This document shows, piece after piece, positions 43,986 through 55,900 of a DNA stretch of 64,000 nucleotides. Source of the DNA: Octopus vulgaris (Eukaryota); contig OX597817.1 of the NCBI GenBank assembly GCA_951406725.2, positions 106,640,001 through 106,704,000 of the forward strand, given 5' to 3'. The translations under genes and the position numbers were made by a program. Position 1 is the stretch's first letter. Every line of letters starts with the position of its first letter. The notes under the pieces were generated by a model. The model worked only from the letters and a program-made list of their open reading frames with translations, was not told the DNA's origin and ran no database searches.

Positions 43986-46900
43986 TGTGTACAGTGCTCA
44001 GGTGCACTACAACTCATCTAAAGTGTATATATAATCAGGTGAAGTTTCGGCGGATTTCGGAAAGCATGAGGGCCTTAAAAGATGCAGTGTCATGGCAGTC
44101 AACAACTGACGCAGGCAGTTTATTCCATGCTTCAGCAACTCTGAGCGTGAAAAAATGTTTCCGAAAGTCATGGGAGCTGTATTGTTTTCTGACTTTGTAG
44201 GCATGTCCACGTGTGTTAGACACATGGAGATCAAAAAGGTGTTCAGTGTTGTTGTTGGTGAGGTGGTTGATAACTTTGTGGGTGTTTACCAAGTCCGTCG
44301 CCAAACGCCGGAGCTTCAGTGAATCCATGCCCAGGGAAACAAGGCGCTCAGAATATGGTAGGTGTCTGATGGAGGGTATGCGTTTGGTTGCACGTCTCTG
44401 GACAGATTCCAGGAGGTCAATGTTCTGTGCAAGATAGGGGTTCCAAACTGATGATGCGAATTCCAAGTGTGGTCGTACCATAGCTGTATACAGTTTTAAA
44501 TAGATGGCTGGAGAGCGGCTAACAAAAGACCTGCTGAGTGATGCCAAGACACCCTCGGCCTTCCTGACAATCTTAGAGATATGCTTTGACCAACGCAAAT
44601 CACTGCTGACAGTGATGCCTAGGTCACGCTCGCAAGAGGATTTCTTGATATCAGTGTTGTGGAGGGAGTATGTGAACGCAGGGTTTTTTCTCCCAAAATG
44701 CATGGTGGTACACTTGTCCACAGCCAGTTTCAGTTGCCAGTCTGTGATCCATTGCTGCATTGTGTCTAGGTCTGATTGCAGGAAAGAGTTGTAGACATCA
44801 GGATCTGTCCTCTTGATTTCAAGGTACAGCTTGATGTCGTCTGCATATTTCAATACTGTGGCATTCTTTAAATTGGCATCTATGTCGTTAATGTATGCCA
44901 CAAACAAGAGGGGGCCAAGGACAGATCCCTGTGGTACACCCGATGACATCTCATATGGTGTAGAGTGCTGTCCTAGAACTGTGACTACCTCCTTTCGGCT
45001 GAGGATGAAGGATTTCAACCAGTTAAAAAGGTCATCCCCCACACCCATTGCAGAGAGTTTCACCATAAGCCTTTTGTGTGGCACAGAGTTGAAAGCCTTA
45101 GCAAAGTCAAGGTAGACAACATCCACCCATGAGCCACTGTCAGTAATCTGAGTAATGTCCTCAAGGAACTCGACAAGCTGGTCACTGCAGCTGGAGTTAG
45201 GGACAAATCCATATTGTGAGGGTCGGATGAGACTGTGAGAGCTCCAGAAGTTCCAGAGTGTTTCTCTGACACACGATTCCATCAGTTTTGCAATACAGCT
45301 AGTGAGACTGACTGGGCGATAGTTGACAGGTGATGTGCGGTCGCCCTTTTTGAACAGAGGAATGACACTGGCAGTTTTCCACTGCTCCGGAGTAGCACCA
45401 TTGTTGAGACAGTACTGGAAGAAAATAGAAAGCTGGTGTAAAAGGAAGTGCCTGCCACGTTTGAGAAGCAGGTATGTAACTCCATCGAGACCAGGGGAGG
45501 CATAGTTGCGCTTATTTTGAAGGTGACGTCGCAGCATTGCAGGTGTAAATTCCATAGTTGTTATGGAGTTTGCTGTTAGTGATGGTGAAGATGGTACATT
45601 TTGACTTTCAACAGTGAATATGTTTGCATAGCACTCGGCAATGAGTTCTGCGCATTCCTTGGGGTCGTCAGTGATCTGGTTTGTGTGAGGGTTGCGAAGA
45701 GGGCCCACTGGAGAGTGAGGTCTCTGCTTTGAGTGCACATATTTCCAGAAAACCTTGCTGTCAGGATTGGCTGCTATGCACTGTTCAAATTCAAGCACTG
45801 CTTTTTTTGTCACTTGCTTGAGATGGTTGGAGGATTTATTCCGCTTCTTCCTGTTGGTGTCTGATTTATGCAACCTGTATTCCCGTTCAGCAGTCCGACG
45901 TTCCCTCCTGGCAAGTCGGACCGCTGAAGTTTCCCAAATTGCCCTTTTGGGGCGGTTCTTCTTTTTTTGTTTACGTGGCACTGATGCTGCACATGCTGCC
46001 CATATTGAGTCCAGGATACTCTGGAGTATAGTATTCACATCTCCAGAGTTGTAGAATTCACGCCAGTTTGGGTGCTGTAGTTCAGTGTGGTACAGGTTCC
46101 AATCTGCTCTCTTCCAATCGAAGGAAGCAGATTGGAGATGGTTCAGGTTTTTGTTGCCCGCAAGAGCCAGATTGGCGATGATCATAGCATGATCAGAGTC
46201 ACCTAGAGGTTCCTCCGTAGTGCAATTGATAACCGCTTCAGGAGTTGTGGTGAAGAGCAGGTCCAAGGTGTTGTCGCCTCTTGTTGGAGAGGTGACTACT
46301 TGTGACCAGTTTGAGTCCAGCACAAGCTCAACAAAATCGTTTGCACTCTGTGGCCAATGGAAGGTCTCCCAATCGATCTCAGGATGATTGAAATCGCCTG
46401 CAATAAACACATAAGTGGCTGTTTTCCTGGCAGCAGCTCGGAGGACATTGCAAAGCTGTGTGTCCCGATGGTAACTTGGGGGACGATAAACAACGCCAAG
46501 CAGGAGTGTTGACATGGTCATACGCACGTCACAGAAAAAAACTTCTTCTTGTGATTCGTTCAAATCGGCACAAGGAATTACCAAAAAATTTGAACGAACG
46601 TAGACCATCACACCACCACCACGGCGGTTAGTGCGGTCCTTACGGAAGAGGTTGTACCCCGTAATGTTGAAAACCCCATCACAGAGTAAGGAATGCGCCC
46701 ATGTTTCCGTGACAGTGATGAAGTCAGGGTCAACACTTCTGACGTAGGCGTTGAACAAATGTATTTTGTTGCATAAACTGCGAGCATTTAAGGACAACAA
46801 TTTGTACCCTGCTCACAGTTTATGATGGTGTGTAGAGGATGGCAGGTTGTTCTGGCTTAGTTTCCCTGAGTTGCTGTAGTTTTTTTAGTTATTGTGGGTA

Positions 46901-49900
46901 GAGAGCACTCAGACCAGCTGGTATCTCTCTTCCACGTTTCAGCAGTCTTGACAAATCTCCAGATTTGTCCATCTTCCCGAAGACTGAAGCTTTCCTGTAG
47001 AGCTGAGTTCCTATTCAGGGAAGCCACTACACGTAGCTTTGGGCGTACATCGGATGGTAAGCCTGGGCGTGTTCGGAAGGTGGTCCGATTTTCCCGCCCA
47101 GCTTTAACTGAGGCCAGATGGTAAGAGGTTGCCTCAGTGGGGTCCGTAAAAGACAACTTGATGAGCCTAGGTTTTGGGCCAGGTCGTCCAAGGCGGATAG
47201 CACCCGTTGGGGGAACGCAGCCTAGGTCTTTGGCTGAGTTGGCAGCAAAAGCCTGAAGATCAGCCATGTTGCTGGGATATGTGGCTTATCACCCCTCCCA
47301 TTACGTCTTCCACTGCTTTGTCCCCGCCACTTTTTTTTTTACTTTTTCCCCCCTTTTCTTTCTTTCCCTTTCTCATCTCTCTTCCCTGTTTCTTGATATA
47401 TGTGTGAATCTTTCATATTTCAATTGATTCAAAAACAAAAAAAAAATATTGTTGCTATATGACTGCTCTTTTTCTTATCCGATAGATTGAAGATTTGCAA
47501 ATTAACCTCAGCCGGCAAGAAAAAGAACACACCAGACGTGAGGATTTATTGAAGCGAGAAATTTCTGACTTGCAGCAGGTTTGACCCTTTCTGTTTAAGC
47601 TTGTCTTCTATTTACTCTTTGTGTTCTACATTTCATTTGTTATTTAGCCTCAGGTTAGTTCTGACCTAATCAAAACTATGATCAAAGGCATTCCAAATAT
47701 TTGTATCTTTTATTCAAACTTTTAGTATTTCTAGAACTATTTTATTCAATATGTCCTTTTTTTCTTTCTTTGAGACAATAAGATGTGGTTAGTACAAGGG
47801 AGATTTGGTTTCTGTTTCTAGATGGTTAAGTGACCATAGATACTTTTGTAAATTAATTTACAACAAAAAGAAAAATGGATTTTCTTATCTGTTATTTTTT
47901 ACTTGCTTCACTCATTGGACCGCAGCCATGCTGGGATACCACCTTGAAGGGTTTAGCTATTCATATTGACCTCAGGACTCATTTTTAAGCCTGCTACTTA
48001 TTCTATCAATCTCTTTTTGCCATGTAAACAAACCAACACTGGATGTCAAATGCCAGTAAGGGATAAACACAAAGTCACACACACACACATGATGGACTTC
48101 TTTTAGTTTCATTCTATCAAACCCACTCATCTACTCACAACACTCTAGAGTTTGTAGAAGACATTTGTCCAAGCTGCCATACAATGGGATTGAACCTGAA
48201 ACCATGTGGTTGGGAAGCAAGCTTCTTATACAGCCAAGCCAGCTTATTTATATTTCTTTGAAATTTTTTAAAGAGTTTAAAATTTTTTCAGTAAAATCCT
48301 CGCTGTTAATTTTAACAAATGAGACAGCCAATTGAAATGATGTAACTCATAACTAATTGGAATAGAAAAATTACTTTAAAATAATTTTTATAATTTCATA
48401 AAAGGTTATCAAACCCTCTAGAATTCTGTCATGTTATGATGATATATTTTCTTGTTTAAAGATGACATATTCATCTGATTTATCATTGTAGAGATTGCAA
48501 GAAGATGAGGCCCGAAATCAAGATTTAACAATCTCTGTAACCTCTGGTAAGAAATATATTATAAAATATAAATTCCACTTTTTTTTTATGGTAATGGATT
48601 ATGCAGTAAAGAGAGAGAGCAGTGCCCATGACTTTCTTTTGCAGGTCCTCCAAGGTTGGAGACATTAGCATCATTATCCTCATTGTTTTAACATCCACTT
48701 TTTTAAGCTTGCATTGGTTGGATGGAATTTGTTGAGGCAGATTTCTCTACTGTCAGATGCCCTTCCTGTCACCAACCTTCACCTGTTCCCAAGTAAGGTA
48801 ATATTTCCTTACAGCTGGACATGTTTTCATGGAACATTTGAAACAAAGGGCACTGCTTGTATGATAGTGACACTTATTTCTGACAATCATATGTTGTCAA
48901 GGCAAGGAAACGCCAATCCATATGCATGTAGACACTCACAGGCAGACACACACACACTTAAGAGAACCCACCCAACACAACAAAATTGAGATCTTAAAAC
49001 CAAGGTGCTACATCAAGAGCATTGGTGTGCATACTGGTGCCATGTAAAAAGCACTCAGTGCATTCTATAAAGTGGTTGGTGTTAGGAAGAGCATCCAGCC
49101 ATAGAAACCAAGATTAAACAGACTCTGGAATCTGGTGCAGCCCCTGGCCTTGCCAGTTCCTGTCAGGTCATCCAACCGATGTCACCATGGAAAACAGACA
49201 TTAAATGTTGATGATGATGATGATGATGATTATGGTGATCACACACACACACAGTAGGCACTTTTCAGTCTCCATCTACCAAAGCTTTGATTGGCTGAGG
49301 GCTCTAGCAGATGACATTTGCCCAAGGTGCCTCTTTGGGATTGGACCCAGAACTAAGTCATTGGGAATCAAGCTTCCCAACCACACAGAACCACTGATGC
49401 AATACAAACTGCATATCTGTTGAACTATGTGAGTGGAAATGTTTCTGTTTTTCATATCAAATTAATGTTTATAATGTCTAACATGTTGGTTATATACTAG
49501 AAAATATTTTGTGTAATGTGTTCTATCAGTTCTCAAAAAATAGACCAGGGGAAGAAAACTTATATTTTAATTTAGTTTAGAAAAGAATTTCTGATAATGA
49601 AGGGATGTTATTATTTGTTTTGCATATCTGATTCAAAATTGTTTCACAAATTCCTCTTGTTAAAATCATATACATTGTTTTGTAGCTACTCGTCCTCTGT
49701 TACGGCAGATAGAAAATCTACAGTCCACATATGGTGCCCAGTCATTGCTGTGGGAGAAAAGAGAAAAAGCTCTTACAGAAAGAATCTGTAAGTTGAGGTT
49801 TTTTTTTTCTCTAACAAGCATATTAATATAACAAAAAAAAAAAAAAACATCATAAATGAAATTTCAATTAAAAATCATGGAAATCAATTAGTTCTACCTT

Positions 49901-52900
49901 TCCCTCAAGCTTTTAATTTTTCAGTTAGGGTAAGTAAATTACCATTTGCTGATGAAAGAAAAATGTAATATTTCATATCTTTGTTATCAAGTTTTATATA
50001 TCTATGATGGTAGTTTATTCAACTGTGACAGTAAATGGAATGTTTCCTGGTTTTATGTACTACTTGAGCCTATCATTCCATCAGTGGTTGATAAATGTAG
50101 ATATCTTTAGATAACTGTAAAATACCAATACAATATCTTACATTATCAATAAATTTATTAATAAAAATTTACTAATTCCAGTCTACTTTACTGAGGTATG
50201 ATTTTACATTTTTTTTTCCTTCTTTCTATTATTTGTTTTTATTGTCTTAATATTTTCATTGAAGCTGAAATCCAGCAGCAGTTAGCTGTGGCTGAAGAAA
50301 AGGAAAATATTAGCAGTGAGAAAATCCTAACATTATCTTCAAAAATTAAAGCATTAGAAACACAAAATACCAGTATGAGACAAGAAAAATGTCAACTTGC
50401 AGCACAATTAGAAATGGAAAAATCTAAAAGAGAAATGCTGGAAGACAGCCAGAACAAGTAAATGTCACTTTAGTTTTCAAAAAATAAAAGTTTTTTTTTT
50501 ACTTAATTTTAAAAGTATATGACATCATTAATTTAATAAAGTTAGTTTTTATTGTAGACGTTTTGTAACAATCTATAAAATGGAAAATCTTACATTTTCT
50601 ATTTTATGTGATATATATTTGAAGAACATAGATATGTTATAGATTCAAATCTTCTGTATATTTCTGAACTTTCTTCCATTAATGCCAGTTAGATATAGAG
50701 AGAGGGCCATCAAAGTGAGTGCGACAATATTTTCAAAGATATCAACTTTTCTTTATTTAATGAAATGAAAACACTGAATATGAAAGTAGCTATTAAATTT
50801 ATTTGTAGCTGTTTTCTACTTGAGAAAGTTGAAGTAAGCTTTCTTTTTATAAATTTACTTGTGTTCAGTCTCACTGCATGGAGCTTGGGGCAAGTGTCTT
50901 CAAAGCTTTATGTGAATAATTGAGTTTATATCTCAGAACTATGATCAAAAGTGATCCATCTGTGGCCATTTCATCTTATTTTTCAGGCCTTTCTAAGATA
51001 ATGTGTCCCACTCATTTTGTTTTTAAGATGGTAAAGTGTGAACTGTAGGAGATTTTGAATGACTGCTAAATCAGATATCGTTACTAAACTAGATATCTGT
51101 TACTAAATGATATTCCATTTGTTTTAGTGTAATCAACATTATCAGTAAAGAAATAATAATAACATATGCTCTAACACTTTAGTTATTGTATTTATATCAT
51201 GCAATGTGATGATTTTTATGTTATTTTATATTTCAGTGCCACGTGTCAGTTGGCTGCTTTACGCCAACAAATGTCCAATGAGGTGATGGAATTAAAAAAA
51301 GATAAGGTAAATTTAGTCTTTATTTCTAAAAAAGATTGAGAAGAATGTTGGTGTGGTTGAATGGTTAAAGCATTTGCTTTGCAATGACTTGGGTTTTGGG
51401 TTTGATCTTACTGCATACCATCTTGTCTTCTACTACAGACTTCAACTGACCAGTGTCTTGTAAGTGAAATCTGATAAATGGAAACTGTATGGATGCTCAT
51501 TGTATGTGTGTGTGTGATTGTCCTTATGTATCATCATATTCACCCCATTTTCCTGTAAACAAATGTCTCACAGCAGTTCAGCATGCAAAGATCTGGAATA
51601 AAGAACCTTATTTGAAAAGGTGTAATGTTTGGTATCAGTATGTAAAATACTGGCTGAAGAAGTTTCATCCAGCTTATGTTAGTATCAAAAAAGCAACTGA
51701 ATTTGGAAACAGTGTTTTTATGTTGGGTTAACATATACACTGATCATTACTTACATATCAGTATGCACACTGCTGAAACCCAAGGGGAATGAGCGAATGA
51801 GAAAGTATCTACATGGTAGCTTGACCTGCCAGAAATTCTCAAATCATGTTCTACTATCTTTAAAAAAAAAAGGATACAGACAATGTAGTCTTGTTATAGA
51901 TAAAAGTCATATCACTGATATGATTATTTATTAGAACAAGAGGGTATCAGTTTTATGGTTGATTGACTATTGTTTTCAAGTAAAGGCATGTGGCATATGG
52001 TGTTAGGTTCATAATCATTAAGTTGTTTCAATTCTTACACTGGGAAGTGCATTATGTCTTGAAACAAGTTACTTTACTTGACACTGCTCTAGTTTACTCA
52101 TCTGAAAATGAGAACTAGTGGTAGTTAGGAGTTTACACTCTGTTGAACTGTTGTCTTTGATTAGGTACTTTCAGTCACCCAAACATCTCAGAAACCCAAA
52201 TTAACTCGTCTCATGAGCTTGCTGCCTCCAGGTGGACTTTTACTATTTTCAAGGTGTACATCTTAATGTATCTTGGTTTGGTTTTGCAATTTTAATTACT
52301 TTGTTTGAGAAGATTTATGATGAAAATCATTTCAGTTACAACCAGATAACCATCTTTCTCATGGATATTGTATATTTAGGATTGCATTGGTATAATATAT
52401 CCTTCTCTTTTCAGGATAGTAGGTTGTAATTTGAGGAATATTTGACCACTACTTCTAGCAGATCAAATGATAATGTAAGGTCTTCCTCATAGGCTCAATG
52501 TTTTGCAACTTTGAAATAATTTCTATCAGGTAAAGTCATAGCATAGAGCAGTGGTTCTCAATATTTTTGACTTTATGGTGCACTGAAGATGAAGTAAAAA
52601 AATTACTAGAACTCTTCACATAGAAATTTAAAAAGCAGAAAAGCTATTTTAAGGTCAAAAAATTTAGAAGAATAAAGAAAACTATTGCTTGTTGGTTTAA
52701 TGTCTGTTTTTCCATTCTAGTATGGGTTGGATTGGAACTTATTTGAGATTGCCTTTTATAGCCAGGCTCTTTCACCAATCCTTGTTTCTGAGTGAAGGAT
52801 ATTTTTTTATTTCACTGGTATTGGAAAGTGTAAGATGACCATAAAGCTAACAAGTAATGTAAACATATTAATGTTTTACTGAGACAGTGACAAGATGTCA

Positions 52901-55900
52901 TCATTCACACACACACATGATGGCTTTCATACAGTTGCTGTCAACCATTTCCACTCAAAAAGCATTGGTTGACATTGGGCTATAGTAAAAGACTCTTGCC
53001 CCAGCTGCTGCACTGTAAAACTAAACCTGAAACCATATAGTTACACTCTTAACCACATAGCCATGCTTACACCCAATAAAACTACTAAAGAATTACTTAT
53101 CTGTTTCTTTGCTTTAATGTAATAATGTGGTTTACAATATGTGAATTTTATGTATCTTCTTCCTTATATTCCTTAATTTCAAATTCAAATTTCTCATCAT
53201 GTGCCATGTTGTGAGATAGTTATCTCCTTTGTATTAACAGCCATAACCCAGAGGATGCCACATATAATTTAAAATGTTTGGTTATTTTTCTAAAATTTAA
53301 GATAAACTCAATTATTTCAAGTATCTGTAGCATGTCTTAGTTGCTAGAAATAAGGTCTTTGAGAGAATGCATTTCTTTCATATCAAAGATTCACACATTT
53401 AATCAATATAAAATAACCCTTAGATTTGGGTGAATTTTTGAAGCTTTGCAAGTAATCTTAAATACTAGAATATAAAGCATATGTTTCTTAATCATTTGAA
53501 AATCATTTGTAAAAATATTTTAGATCTCAAATTTGAATATCATTAATACGAAATGTTTTATGAAAACAAAAATATATTATCATATTAAAATAAAAAATAT
53601 TGTCCAGATCTACAAAACATAAAAATATAAAAAAGAAAAAATATAATACTTCTTGCTTTTCTTTTAACTTATCTTATTTTATTAAATTTTAGGTTTATCT
53701 TGAAGCTCAACTGGAAATTGAAAAAACCAAAGTTGACAACGAGAAGAAAAAACTTATCCAGTCCCTTGAGCAAATAAAAGAAATGGTATGTTGTTTACCT
53801 ATTTTTACTAATGATGGGTATGAAGTAGAATGAAATGAGAATTAACAGAAGCCTTATATATATATACACATATATATATACATGCACACACATATATATA
53901 TACATATATATACACATATACATTATATAGTAATACTTCAACAAGTAGCAAAGCACTTGATCAGCAAAGAGAGTGTTTTTATTTCGCCACTTTTCAAGCT
54001 TAGAGTTTTTTTATTATATATATAATGCAGGCTGATCAACCCTCTAAAAGTGAGATAGGTATCATTAGCAAACATATTCTTGATACTATCAACTCCGATA
54101 TCAGAAGGGTTATATGGGTGACTCTGTGGAATTCCAGCGCAGCCATTATTGACTGCTTCTGCGGTATGAAGAATAAATTGGCTTGCAGATTCACCCGGTT
54201 TGACATTGTCGACTTCTACTCTTCCATATCTAAGCCCCTCCTTCTGAAGGCCCTAACTTTTGCTGAGCCAGAATTATCATGAATGCCAGAAAGTCAATTC
54301 TGGTCCATGACGATTCCTTTTGGGTGAAGAAAGGTGATCCATTGTTTGATGTCTCCATGGAGAGCTTTGACGGGGCTGAAATTGCTAACCTTGTAGGGTT
54401 ATATATCTTGGATACTCTCAAGAGACGTACCCACCCACATAGGTCGGCCCTCTATAGAGACAACAGCCTGGCTGTCTCAAGCCATATGAATGGCCATACC
54501 ATGGACAGGTTCAAGAAGGACTTGATAAAATTATTTAAGGAGATTGGCCTGTCCATAATGGTTACCACCAACCTGACTAGTCGATTTCTTGGACGTTATC
54601 TTAGACCTGAATATGGGCAAGTATTACCTGTACAGGAAGCCTAATGAGGAAACAGTATACATCCACAAGAGCTCAAACCATAGCCCCACTGTAATTAGAA
54701 ACATGGTTTCAGGCATTAGCAAACAACTATCTAATCTCTCAGCCAATAGAGAGATCTTTATCAGGGCTGCCTGATAAAGACACACAACACACACTACAAC
54801 GATACTTTGCCTTAGAGTGGGTTTACTGAGAAGCTCACATATGTGGACAACCCCCAAACACCCTCTCCTCACCCCAAAAGGATTAGGTAAAAGAAAATTA
54901 TATGATATAATCTCCCTTTCAACCTAGAAGCTTTCACCAACGTAGCTGGGGGCTTCTTGTTGTTAATTAAGAAGCACTTCCCCTGAGTCCACAAGTATTA
55001 CAAACTCTTCAACCCCCATAATGTCAAAGTGAGCTACTCCTTAGACAACATCACATCTAACATCGCATGCATCAACAAACATAAAAATGCACCTGCGCCA
55101 ACCCCAACCTGCAACTGCTGAAACTCCACCATGTCCCCTCTAGATGGATCCTGCATCTGAAGGGCCATATTATACAGAGCCACCCTTACACCATCTGATG
55201 GCATTACAAGGAACTATACAAGCATAACAGCTAATGACTTCAAGGGAAGACACTTCCAGCATATGCACTTGTTCAGATCTAGGGACAGAGAGAACTCTTC
55301 TTCCTTGTCTCTGGAGATTCCATAACCTCTGAGATGAAACACCCAGTATCAAGTGAACTGTTTTCAACAGAGCGCCACCATATTCACCCGGCATCCCCAA
55401 CTGTCAGCTCTGCCTCCATCAAAACACTGCATACCCTCCAACAATCTGCAATATCCATCAACAAGAAATACAATTTATCTTATTGCTGTCACCAGAGGTA
55501 TGCCCTTCTGGCAAATTACAAGCCACTGCCGACAGCCTGGATATACCACCTTAGTACCAGCTGCTACTCTGCACCATCACCAACCAACCCCATGAACAGG
55601 ATCACAATTAACAAACCCCAATGCTTACCAACCCCCAACGCTTACCAATTCCCATCGCATACCAATCCCCAACTTTTGTCATGCACATGTATATTCATGT
55701 ATGCATGTGTGCGCACACTGGTATGCATGCGTATATACATATGTATATAGAAACGAATATGCATGTGTATATGCACTTGTATGTGTGTGTGTGTGTGCAT
55801 GCATGTTTGTTCATATGTGTGTGGGCATGCGCTCCTATGTACAGATGCGCATGCTTGTATCAATACAGACATGCACACAAATCCATATGAGTGCATCTAT

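Larger units (their letters stand above)
43905..47300 (-). mobile_element. Near-full-length non-LTR retrotransposon (CR1/L2 group LINE), antisense in a TMF1 intron
   Basis: ORF1 remnant, intact ORF2, short 3' UTR and (ATT)n tail at 43905-43985; GC content well above flanks. 5' boundary approximate. Confidence 0.93.

Noticed and set aside
44213-47124. Several + strand ORFs overlapping the LINE
   Set aside because: Antisense shadows of the GC-rich ORF1/ORF2; no motifs.
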